From positions 1 through 41,547 of the forward strand of contig PBAL01000059.1 in the NCBI GenBank assembly GCA_002715965.1: a stretch of 41,547 nt of DNA, given 5' to 3'. The notes beneath the pieces are model-generated. The model was given only the letters and a program-made list of their open reading frames with translations. It was not told the origin of the DNA and searched no databases. Both the position numbers and the translations under genes were made by a program. Shown here in pieces: positions 1 through 8,594 of the stretch (position 1 is its first letter; each line of letters begins with the position of its first letter). This stretch comes from Verrucomicrobiales bacterium (GTDB lineage Bacteria > Verrucomicrobiota > Verrucomicrobiia > Limisphaerales > JAYPXF01).

Positions 1-5
1 GATCA

Positions 6-31
6 GTCGGGCAACGCTTCGCGTTGCCGAC
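6..31. terminator. Near-perfect inverted repeat (gtcgggcaacgc-ttc-gcgttgccgac) at the window edge. It is possibly a terminator or structured element of an upstream off-window gene.
   Basis: Read directly: 11-12 bp stem with one bulged G and a 3-nt loop. No clear U-tract follows, only agtttt about 20 nt downstream. Confidence 0.25.
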
Positions 32-248
32 TCTCATAGCAGATGGACCAGTTTTCGGGGAGCACTCCAGATCAGTTTATCAAGAGCCATCGCCGTGAAG
101 GCGAACGGTTGGAACAGAGGGCAAAGGAAGGATCTCAAATCCAAATTCAATTGATTACAAAGCACCCCGCCGGTAATAGTGGCTGGGTTGGAAGGAACCC
201 TTATTCTAGACGCCGACAGCCCCGTAGTGAGAGAGAACGAGGCACAAA

Positions 249-908
249 ATGACTGAACTGTTTCAAGAATCCATTCGGGTAATCAACTTTCCCCTCAGCC
301 TGCTGATGATTGTCATCATTATCTATTGGTTGCTGGCGCTGGTTGGATTTTTGGACTTCGACATTCTGGATGGCAGTGCGGATCTGCACGTGGATGGGGG
401 CGATGTTCACGTGGAAGGTGATCTGCAGGCGGATTTCGATGGGTCTCATGGTGGCGGGATCCTCGGAGGTATCTCAAGCTATCTGCATGTGGGAGACGCA
501 CCACTCACCGTGATTCTTAGCGTAATGATCATTTTCATGTGGTCGTTCTCGTTGCTGCTGAACCACTACTTCAACTCCGACGATTCCTTCTTTTTGGGGC
601 TGCTCTTCTTGGTCCCGAACATTATCGTGAGCGTCCTGCTTAGCGGTATCATAATCATCCCAGTGGCCGTGTTTTTTAAGAAACTCTCGGGCAGCGAGAA
701 TGTTAAGAAGAACGCTTTGGGGGACATGTGCACAGTCATCAGTCAAACAGTTGATTATGACAGCGGCCAGGCCGAAGTGGCACAAGAGGGGGCTCCAATT
801 GTGGTCAATGCACGGACAAGCAATCCGAACGAAGTTTTGACGAGGGGGCAAAAAGCGGTCGTCGTCCGCAAGAACGACAACGGAACATACGTAATCAAAT
901 CCATATAG
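249..908 (+). CDS. NfeD-like (YuaF/YqiJ-type) membrane protein.
   Basis: The N-terminal part has multiple hydrophobic helices. There is an acidic/His-rich loop (DGSADLHVDGGDVHVEGDLQADFDGSHGGG). The C-terminus is a soluble OB-fold-like segment (GQAEVAQEGAPIVVNA...GQKAVVVRKNDNGTYVIKSI) typical of NfeD short homologs. The gene ends 12 bp before a flotillin gene, which is the canonical NfeD-flotillin pairing. An AGGA ribosome-binding site precedes the ATG. Confidence 0.6.
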   Translation: MTELFQESIRVINFPLSLLMIVIIIYWLLALVGFLDFDILDGSADLHVDGGDVHVEGDLQADFDGSHGGGILGGISSYLHVGDAPLTVILSVMIIFMWSFSLLLNHYFNSDDSFFLGLLFLVPNIIVSVLLSGIIIIPVAVFFKKLSGSENVKKNALGDMCTVISQTVDYDSGQAEVAQEGAPIVVNARTSNPNEVLTRGQKAVVVRKNDNGTYVIKSI

Positions 909-920
909 GAATAAATCATC

Positions 921-3056
921 ATGATATTGGCAATTTGGGAAACAGTTGGTTGGGTAGCCGGTGGCGGGCTCGTCGTCGTGCTAGTCGGGGGATTCATCTT
1001 GGCAGTCACGCTTTATCGGAAGGTGGAGCAGGGTACTGCACTCGTTACCACGGGCATGCGAGGCACGAAAGTGTCGTTCAAGGGGGACGTGGTATTTCCC
1101 GTCGTGGAACGGGGCGAATACATGGACATCTCTGTAAAGACCATTGAGGTTTACCGCCATGGTGTCGACGGCTTGGTCTGTAAGGACAATATGCGGGCAG
1201 ACATCAAGGTGAAATTCTACATCCGCGTAAATAGCACGGTGGACGATGTTCTCAAGGTCGCACAATCCGTCGGCTGCGCCCGTGCCTCAGACCCTAAGGC
1301 CTTGTTCGAACTCTTCGACGCGAAGTTCTCCGAAGCATTGAAGACCGCGGGTAAACAGTTCGACTTCGAAGCCCTGTTTACTTCACGCGAGGAATTCAAA
1401 TCTGAAATCCTGAAGGTGATTGGCACGGACCTGAATGGTTACATCCTCGAGGACGCAGCGATCGACTACCTGGAACAAACTCCCAAGGACAAGCTCGATC
1501 CTACAAACATCCTAGATGCCGAGGGCATCAAGAAAATCACGGAAATCACCTCTCTCGAAGCGGTGAAGACCAACAAGGCCGAGCGCGACAAGGAAAAAAC
1601 CATCCGCAAGGAAGATGTCGAAGCACGCGAAGCCATTCTCGAACTCGATCGTCAATTGGCGGAGAGTGAGGAACGCCAGAAGCGCGAAGTGGCGTCTATC
1701 ACTGCCCGCGAGGAGGCCGAGGCGAAGAAGATTCAGGAGGAGGAACGCCTCAAGTCCGAGACCGCCCGCATTAATGCTGAGCAGGAAATTGGCATTGCGG
1801 ACGAGAATAAGCAGCGGCAAATCATTGTCGCCCAGAAGAACAAGCAGCGCACCGAAGCCATCGAGACCGAGCGTGTTGAGAAGGACCGCATGCTCGAGGT
1901 CACGGAGCGTGAACGGATCGTGACGCTGGCTGAGATCGACAAGACCAAGGTCGTCGAGACTGAGCAAAAGAACATCCAGGAAGTCATTCGCCAACGCGTG
2001 GAACTGGAAAAGAACGTTGTCGCCGAACAGGAGCGCATCAAGGACACCGAAGCGTTTGCCGCTGCGGAACGTGAGAAGAAAGTCATCATCACCCGCGCCG
2101 AGCAGACTGCCGAAGAAGCCTTGGTCAAGGACATCAAGGCTGCCGAAGCCGCCAAGCGTGCTGCCGAGCTGAAGGCCGAAGAGGACAAATACAAGGAAGT
2201 CACGGAAGCCCAGGCCGGCAAGGAATCCAGCCTGCTCAAGGCTGAAGAGATGCTCACCATTGCCGATGCGGCGGAGAAGTCCGCCGTCAAGAACGCGACG
2301 GCCAAGAAGCACGACGCCGAAGGTGTCACGGCGATGGAGGCTGCCCGCGGATTGGCCGAAGCCCAGGTGATCACCGCCCAGGCCGATGCGAAGGAAAAGG
2401 ACGGCACGGCCATGGCCAACGTCTCACGCCTGCAATACGAAGCCGACGCCAAGGGTATTACCGACAAGGGCAGTGCCGAGGCCAACGTGGCTCAACAGAA
2501 GTTCACGGCGGAAGCCAACGGTATCACCGAGAAGGCCGAAGCCATGAAGATCTTCAACGAAGCCGGTCGCGAACACGAAGAGTTCAAGCTGGAACTCAAC
2601 AAGGAACGCGACATCGAACTCGCCGAGATAAATATCCGTGGAGACATCGCAACCGAACAGGCCAAGGTCCTGGGCGAAGCGCTCAAGAGTGCGAACATCG
2701 ATATTGTTGGCGGTGACGGTCAGTTCTTCGACCAGATGATCAATGCGATCTCACAGGGCAAGTCCGTCGATCGTGTGATCGACAACAGCAGGGCTCTCAC
2801 CGACGTGAAGGAGACCTTCTTCAACGGCGATCCGGATTACTTCAAGGCGAAGTTCTCCGAGTGGGTGAAGCAGTTTGGAATCAGCAGCGACGACGTCCGC
2901 AACCTCAGCATCGCTGGTGTTCTTGGTAAGATGATTGCCAAGGCCGACGGCGCGGAAATCAAGTCCACGCTGGAACAGGCCCTGTCTGCTGCCGAGGAAG
3001 CCGGATTGGCGAACAAACCCGCCAAGGCGTTGATTTCGTCGAAAGGGAAGAAGTAA
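921..3056 (+). CDS. Flotillin-like SPFH/band 7 domain protein (FloT/YuaG-type), 711 aa.
   Basis: There is an N-terminal TM helix (ILAIWETVGWVAGGGLVVVLVGGFILAV). The SPFH-like region follows (TGMRGTKV...VFPVVERGEYMDISVKTIEVYRHGVDGLVCKDNMRADIKVKFYIRV). The rest is a very long Glu/Ala/Lys/Arg-rich coiled-coil with flotillin-type EA repeats. An AGGAA ribosome-binding site sits 9 nt upstream. Confidence 0.85.
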   Translation: MILAIWETVGWVAGGGLVVVLVGGFILAVTLYRKVEQGTALVTTGMRGTKVSFKGDVVFPVVERGEYMDISVKTIEVYRHGVDGLVCKDNMRADIKVKFYIRVNSTVDDVLKVAQSVGCARASDPKALFELFDAKFSEALKTAGKQFDFEALFTSREEFKSEILKVIGTDLNGYILEDAAIDYLEQTPKDKLDPTNILDAEGIKKITEITSLEAVKTNKAERDKEKTIRKEDVEAREAILELDRQLAESEERQKREVASITAREEAEAKKIQEEERLKSETARINAEQEIGIADENKQRQIIVAQKNKQRTEAIETERVEKDRMLEVTERERIVTLAEIDKTKVVETEQKNIQEVIRQRVELEKNVVAEQERIKDTEAFAAAEREKKVIITRAEQTAEEALVKDIKAAEAAKRAAELKAEEDKYKEVTEAQAGKESSLLKAEEMLTIADAAEKSAVKNATAKKHDAEGVTAMEAARGLAEAQVITAQADAKEKDGTAMANVSRLQYEADAKGITDKGSAEANVAQQKFTAEANGITEKAEAMKIFNEAGREHEEFKLELNKERDIELAEINIRGDIATEQAKVLGEALKSANIDIVGGDGQFFDQMINAISQGKSVDRVIDNSRALTDVKETFFNGDPDYFKAKFSEWVKQFGISSDDVRNLSIAGVLGKMIAKADGAEIKSTLEQALSAAEEAGLANKPAKALISSKGKK

Positions 3057-3071
3057 TTGAGGTCCGTGCAG

Positions 3072-3093
3072 CCTCCCGCCATTGGGCGGGAGG
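3072..3093 (+). promoter_or_regulatory. Perfect 9-bp stem hairpin (cctcccgcc-attg-ggcgggagg) 16 nt after the flotillin stop. A second small GC hairpin lies at 3100-3112 (gggcc-aac-ggccc).
   Basis: Read directly. No U-tract follows either stem. The 124-bp spacer to the next gene ends in cccttttttgaatcATG. Confidence 0.3.
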
Positions 3094-3180
3094 TAGCAAG
3101 GGCCAACGGCCCGTCCCCATATTCAGCCCAGGCCGACCGCGGGAAGGCTTGGGGAAAACGGCACAACCCTTTTTTGAATC

Positions 3181-6100
3181 ATGGCTGAAGAACCTCAAGA
3201 CGAAGCCACAATCGAAGAACCCAAGCCCGATCAACCGGTTCTGGAGGGCGGGACTTACGAGATCATTCGCAAGCGCCTCCAGGATCGCTCAGCCGATCTC
3301 CGTGGACGCCTGGGCCAGCTGAATGATCTGCGCAAGGAAGTCTTCGGTTCGATCGAGACCGTTCTCCTCCGCGCCGACCGTATCACGACCGAGCACAACT
3401 GCATCCCTCGCGACATGATGCCGGTCGGGGAAAACCTGTTCCTGTTCGGTTACAACGTCCAGTTCGGCCTCAAGACCACGATTAAGCTAGAGGACGTCTT
3501 CGCGGTTTATGAGAGCACCGGGGAACAGTTTCAACAGGTCGGACTGGATCTGCTCAGTGATGAGCGCTTCAACGACGATTTTCAGAGCCTCTACAAATAC
3601 TACAAGAACACGAAGTTCGTTAAATTCTCCTTCATAGGACCCTACCTGTTCATGGTCTTCCGGGTCGGCGCGGAAGTGAATGACGTCAAGACCTTCAAGT
3701 GGAGCGTCGATGGCGACAAGCTGGTCTACGTCGATAATCGTTCGGATCACGAATTCAGGTATCCGGCGCAGTACGAATTCGATTGGAAACGGACCCATCG
3801 CGAACTTCATCGGTCCGGACTTTCACCCCATATCGCCATCGCCGATCGCGCCTTTGTGGAGTGCATCAATGGCGACCTCACCATCAAGGTCGAGGACAAC
3901 ACGGAGAGTGGCGAGGGAATCTATTCGGAACCGGTCCAGCACAAGGACCAGACCCTTGATGATGCGGAGATTTACTTCGCGCTATGCGGCAACCTGATCC
4001 TGCTCAAAATCAAGCCCTTCCAGGAGAAGGAATTCCGCTACTTCATCTTCAATGACAAGATCAAGAGCGTGCATCGCGTGGACGGAATCGCCCATGCGGC
4101 CGTTCTTCTGCCGGAAGATCAGGGGATCATCTTTTCCAATGGTTACTATCTCCAGACCGGCGTCCTGAAGCAGTTCGAAAGCGACCGGACGGACATGATG
4201 TTCGAGCGAGTCACGCAGTCGAGCAACGGTGAGGATTATCTGTACGTCTTCTACAACCGGATGGCGGGCGACTATGTGCTGCTCTCCTACAACCTCATCA
4301 GCCAGGCGGTGGAAAGCCCAATCTGGTGTCACGGCTTCTCGCTCTACGACGATGGCCAGCTCGTCTACTTCAAGGCCCAGAGCGAACCGCAAAAGCACCA
4401 CACCCTTCAGCTCTGGCAGACACCTTTCGTCGCGGCCGGGCATGAACTTCACAAGAACACCGATTCCTTCCTCTACAAGATCGGCAATCGCGATGTCGTT
4501 CGTTGTATGGCTGAGTGTCAGGACATCCTGAACCTGATGGAGAAGGACGAATCCTACGCCGGCCTCTACGTGGACATCGTCAAACTCGCCAACGACATTT
4601 CCGATTCCTACTTCTGGGTCGACAAGGAAGAGGCCTTCAATCTCAAGGAAGTCCTCGGCCAGATCAAAGAAACGGCCAGCAAGGCCGTTGATGAATTTCA
4701 AAAGGTCCTTCGCATCCGTTCCGAGACTGGTTCAGAACTCAAGCGCGTCCGCAAAGACGGCGAGGGATTATTTCATGCCCTACGGACGGAGCGCATTGAG
4801 ACCGTCGATGGTTTTGTTGAGAAGTTGGCCGCTCTCCGGCGCCTGCGAGGCGAAACGATTTCTCTGAAGGATCTCCGCTACATCGATCTCACGGCGGTTG
4901 AGAAATTGGAGATTACCATCGCGGATTTCTCCGAGCAGCTATCCCGCCAATGCGTTGAGTTTCTCCTGTTGCCCGAGTCACTCGACCCGTATCGCGTTCG
5001 TGTGGACGAGCAGTCCAAGGCGGTCGACGAAATCCAGAAGGTCGCTGAGGGCCGTGAGCTTGAGGAAGCCATTGGTAAGTCCGGTGAGGAATTGGAGATG
5101 CTCATCGAGATCGTCACCAATCTGAAGATCGACGACGCCACGGAGACAACGCGCATCATCGACGGAATCACTTCGATCTACACGACTCTGAACCAAGTCA
5201 AGGCCGCCGTTCGCAAGAAGTTCAAGAGCCTGATGCAGGTTGAAGGCGCTGCGCAGTTCAATGCGGAGATCAAGCTGCTCAACCAGTCGGTGGTTAATTA
5301 CCTCGATCTCTGCGACGCGCCCGCTCGTTGCGAGGAATACCTGAACAAGGTGATGGTCCAGTTTGAGGAACTGGAAGGCCGCTTTGCCGACTTCGACGAA
5401 TACGTCGTTCAACTCGCCGACAAACGCACCGAGGTCTACGAGGCTTTTGAAGCGCGCAAGCTGAATCTCGTCGAGGCCCGCAACAAGAAGGCCAACGCGC
5501 TCATGACTTCCGCCGAGCGCATCCTCAAGGTCATCAAGCATCGCGTCGATGGAATGAAATCCATCAACGACATCAACGGCTACATGGCTAGCGATCTGAT
5601 GATCGAGAAGGTGCGGGGAACGATCGATGAACTGGTCGAACTCGAGGATACCGTCAAGGCTGACGACCTGCAGGGCCGCCTGAAGGCGATTCAGCAGGAC
5701 GCCGTCCGTCAGCTGAAGGACAAGCTCGAACTCTTTGCCGACGGCGACAACATCATTTCGCTCGGCAAACACCGCTTCAACATCAACACCCAGCCGCTCG
5801 ATCTCACCATCGTCAATCGCGACGGCGAGATGTGCATGCATCTTACGGGCACGAAGTTCTTCGACGGAATCACCGACGAGGGATTCCTGGGAACGCGGGA
5901 CGTCTGGAAACAGGAAGTTGTTTCCGAGAACGGCTCGGTTTACCGCGCTGAGTATCTCGCATGGAAGATGTATGAGAGCGCTTCCGCCGAGAAGCGGTTG
6001 GGTGAACTGGACGGACTCTCTGACGAGGAACGCATCAAGCAGGTGCAGACTTTCATGGGCCCGCGCTACGCGGAGGCGTACACCAAGGGCATTCACGATC

Positions 6101-8481
6101 ACGATGCCGCTGCGATTTTGCGGGAATTCATCAACATCGATCTCGCGTTGGGACTCGCTGGCTACGCGCCAACACCTCGGGCCTGTGCGAATATCTTCTG
6201 GAATCGCTTTTGCGACGAGGAAACCAAGGCCCTCTGGTCGGCCAAGCTCCAGGGATTTGGGGCGAAGAATCGTTTGTTCCCGGGAGATGAGAAGAACGCC
6301 GCATACATCGGGAAGCTCGCCGGGTTGTTGCGCGATTTCAATGAGACGCATTCGTTCTTCCCGGACAGTGCCATCGATGATGCTGCCGAATACCTTTTCT
6401 TCCAATTGACGGATGGCGTGGTCTTCGTGATCAGCAAGGAAGCCGCGGATCTTCACGAGGCGTTCACCGAGCATCTCCTTGAGAAACACATCCGCGAAGA
6501 ATTTGACCAGGCACATCAGGCATTGGCCGAACATCCGGCCAGCGAGTTTGAAATCATTCGTGACTGGTTGCGTGGATTTTTGTGTGGCGGCACGGTGCGT
6601 GGTGGGGAAGAAGGTGATGTCGTGCCCGTCGCACTATCCGATTCCCATCTGGACGAAGTTGCCGGACTCTTGTTCTGCGACAACTTCGATCCGCGCGGAG
6701 TTGTCTCCGCACCAACGAAGGTCGTCATCGAGAAGATGATGGGCGCTCACCAGTTGATTCCGGAGAGCGGTTACACCTTCGACTACCTCGAGTTCCGCGA
6801 CCGTCTCCGGAGATACGACAACGATGTCGTTCCGAAATACGAGCAGTACATTGATCTGAAAAAGCAGGTCATTGACGACGCCCGCGACGATCTTCGCCTG
6901 GAAGAATTCCAGCCGCGCGTGCTGACCTCCTTTGTGCGCAATCGCCTCATCGACGACGTCTATCTGCCGATGATCGGTGACAACCTCGCCAAGCAGGTTG
7001 GTGCGGCCGGCGACAAGAAGCGCACGGATCTGATGGGGTTGCTCCTTCTCATTTCGCCTCCCGGTTACGGCAAGACGACCTTGATGGAATACATTGCCAA
7101 TCGCCTGGGCATCATCTTCATGAAGATCAACGGTCCGGCGCTTGGACATCATGTGACCTCTCTTGATCCGACCGAGGCGAACAACGCAGCTGCCCGCGAG
7201 GAGGTCGAGAAACTCAACCTCGCGCTGGAAATGGGTGACAACGTGATGCTCTATCTGGATGACATCCAGCACTGCAATCCGGAGTTCCTTCAGAAGTTTA
7301 TCTCCCTCTGCGATGCCCAACGAAAGATCGAAGGTGTCTACAAGGGGCGTTCACAGACCTATGACCTCCGCGGTCGAAAGGTTGTCGTGGTGATGGCGGG
7401 CAATCCCTACACGGAGAGTGGAGACAAGTTCCGCATCCCGGACATGTTGGCCAACCGTGCCGACACGTACAACCTTGGCGACATTCTTGGCGGCCATGCC
7501 GACGCTTTCAAGATGAGCTATCTGGAGAACGCCGTGACCTCCAATCCGGTTCTCCAACAACTCTCCAACAAGAGCCAGAAGGACATCCAGAATTTCATCC
7601 GTATCGCCGAGACCGGCACGAAGGATCATGTGGACTTTGAGGCAAATTACTCGGTCGAGGAAATCAACGAGATCGTTTCGGTCATCCAGAAGCTCCTGCA
7701 CATCCGCGACGCCGTGCTCGATGTGAATCTTGAGTACATCGCCTCTGCTGCGCAGTCCGACGATTACCGAACCGAACCCGCATTCAAGTTGCAGGGCAGC
7801 TATCGAAACATGAACCGCATGGCCGAAAAAGTCCTGCCGATCATGAACGACCAGGAAGTTCACGACCTCGTGATCGATCACTACGAGAATGAATCACAGA
7901 CGCTGACCACCGGTGCGGAAGCCAACGTCCTCAAGTTCAAGGAATTGATGGGTGTGCAGCGTGAGGAAGACGCAGCGCGCTGGACCGACATCAAGAAGAC
8001 CTACAAGCGAAACCAGCTTCTCGGCAGCACAGATGCCAGCGATCCGGTCGGTCGCGTGGTGGCGCAACTCACCACCTTCAGCGAAGGCCTGGACGGTATT
8101 CGCTCCACGATCGAAAAAGCCGTCGAACAGCCGGAAGAGAAGCCCGACATCAAAGTCGATCTCAGCGAGATGACCGGAATCATCGAGACCTTGGGCAAAG
8201 ACGTGCGTGATGGATTGAGCGCGTGGAAGCTTCAGGACCGAAAAGACATTCAGGAATTCGTGAAACGCATCGGCGCGGTGAACGGCGGGCTCGCCAACCT
8301 GAAGAAATTGATCGAAACCTACATGTCTGAACGCAAGGCGCAGCGTGCTGGTGACAGTAACTCCGTGGATCTCAGCGGTGTCTCCGTATCGGCCGAGACG
8401 TTGGATGAGATTTACAACCTCATCGACACAGATCCCAAGGCCAAAGCTGCGGCCAAGCAGGCAAAGAAAAAGAAAAAGTAG
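3181..8481 (+). CDS. Giant (1766 aa) protein with a C-terminal MoxR-like AAA+ ATPase module. The N-terminal ~1250 aa have no recognisable function. The tail is poly-Lys.
   Basis: The Walker A motif is LLLISPPGYGKTTLMEY (nt ~7045-7095). The Walker B motif is NVMLYLDDIQHCNPEF (nt ~7240-7290). The sensor-1/NP motif is KVVVVMAGNPYTESGDKFRIPDMLANRADTYNL, which matches the MoxR/AAA_3/AAA_5 pattern (V.A.QNP.E..G...LP.A.LDRF). The C-terminus is DPKAKAAAKQAKKKKK. It is a single uninterrupted ORF. Confidence 0.7.
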   Translation: MAEEPQDEATIEEPKPDQPVLEGGTYEIIRKRLQDRSADLRGRLGQLNDLRKEVFGSIETVLLRADRITTEHNCIPRDMMPVGENLFLFGYNVQFGLKTTIKLEDVFAVYESTGEQFQQVGLDLLSDERFNDDFQSLYKYYKNTKFVKFSFIGPYLFMVFRVGAEVNDVKTFKWSVDGDKLVYVDNRSDHEFRYPAQYEFDWKRTHRELHRSGLSPHIAIADRAFVECINGDLTIKVEDNTESGEGIYSEPVQHKDQTLDDAEIYFALCGNLILLKIKPFQEKEFRYFIFNDKIKSVHRVDGIAHAAVLLPEDQGIIFSNGYYLQTGVLKQFESDRTDMMFERVTQSSNGEDYLYVFYNRMAGDYVLLSYNLISQAVESPIWCHGFSLYDDGQLVYFKAQSEPQKHHTLQLWQTPFVAAGHELHKNTDSFLYKIGNRDVVRCMAECQDILNLMEKDESYAGLYVDIVKLANDISDSYFWVDKEEAFNLKEVLGQIKETASKAVDEFQKVLRIRSETGSELKRVRKDGEGLFHALRTERIETVDGFVEKLAALRRLRGETISLKDLRYIDLTAVEKLEITIADFSEQLSRQCVEFLLLPESLDPYRVRVDEQSKAVDEIQKVAEGRELEEAIGKSGEELEMLIEIVTNLKIDDATETTRIIDGITSIYTTLNQVKAAVRKKFKSLMQVEGAAQFNAEIKLLNQSVVNYLDLCDAPARCEEYLNKVMVQFEELEGRFADFDEYVVQLADKRTEVYEAFEARKLNLVEARNKKANALMTSAERILKVIKHRVDGMKSINDINGYMASDLMIEKVRGTIDELVELEDTVKADDLQGRLKAIQQDAVRQLKDKLELFADGDNIISLGKHRFNINTQPLDLTIVNRDGEMCMHLTGTKFFDGITDEGFLGTRDVWKQEVVSENGSVYRAEYLAWKMYESASAEKRLGELDGLSDEERIKQVQTFMGPRYAEAYTKGIHDHDAAAILREFINIDLALGLAGYAPTPRACANIFWNRFCDEETKALWSAKLQGFGAKNRLFPGDEKNAAYIGKLAGLLRDFNETHSFFPDSAIDDAAEYLFFQLTDGVVFVISKEAADLHEAFTEHLLEKHIREEFDQAHQALAEHPASEFEIIRDWLRGFLCGGTVRGGEEGDVVPVALSDSHLDEVAGLLFCDNFDPRGVVSAPTKVVIEKMMGAHQLIPESGYTFDYLEFRDRLRRYDNDVVPKYEQYIDLKKQVIDDARDDLRLEEFQPRVLTSFVRNRLIDDVYLPMIGDNLAKQVGAAGDKKRTDLMGLLLLISPPGYGKTTLMEYIANRLGIIFMKINGPALGHHVTSLDPTEANNAAAREEVEKLNLALEMGDNVMLYLDDIQHCNPEFLQKFISLCDAQRKIEGVYKGRSQTYDLRGRKVVVVMAGNPYTESGDKFRIPDMLANRADTYNLGDILGGHADAFKMSYLENAVTSNPVLQQLSNKSQKDIQNFIRIAETGTKDHVDFEANYSVEEINEIVSVIQKLLHIRDAVLDVNLEYIASAAQSDDYRTEPAFKLQGSYRNMNRMAEKVLPIMNDQEVHDLVIDHYENESQTLTTGAEANVLKFKELMGVQREEDAARWTDIKKTYKRNQLLGSTDASDPVGRVVAQLTTFSEGLDGIRSTIEKAVEQPEEKPDIKVDLSEMTGIIETLGKDVRDGLSAWKLQDRKDIQEFVKRIGAVNGGLANLKKLIETYMSERKAQRAGDSNSVDLSGVSVSAETLDEIYNLIDTDPKAKAAAKQAKKKKK

Positions 8482-8594
8482 CGGTAGCTGCGGTTGGATT
8501 CCCAGGCTGCTGACTCTCATCACCGCAGGGCACAGACGGACGCAGAGGAATCAAGTCAATCTCTGCGATCGTCCCTCCTCTGAGGTGACAAAAT

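Noticed and set aside
43-252. 69-aa + strand ORF upstream of the NfeD gene.
   Set aside because: It is a short, Arg/Glu/Gln-rich product with no motif. It overlaps the start of the NfeD gene in another frame. More likely it is 5' UTR or promoter space.
1512-2485. Two long minus-strand ORFs (266 and 250 aa) inside the flotillin gene.
   Set aside because: They are antisense to the EA-rich coiled-coil codons, and GCC/GAG-rich repeats give open antisense frames. Their products are low-complexity Leu/Gly/Ala/Ser strings. The sense-strand flotillin call is far stronger.
4978-6534. 518-aa minus-strand ORF inside the giant ATPase gene. Others lie at 3982-4701, 6634-7320, 7351-7881 and 7894-8523.
   Set aside because: All are fully embedded antisense ORFs in a high-GC continuous 5.3-kb sense ORF. 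They show no motifs and no independent start context, which is typical for GC-rich DNA.
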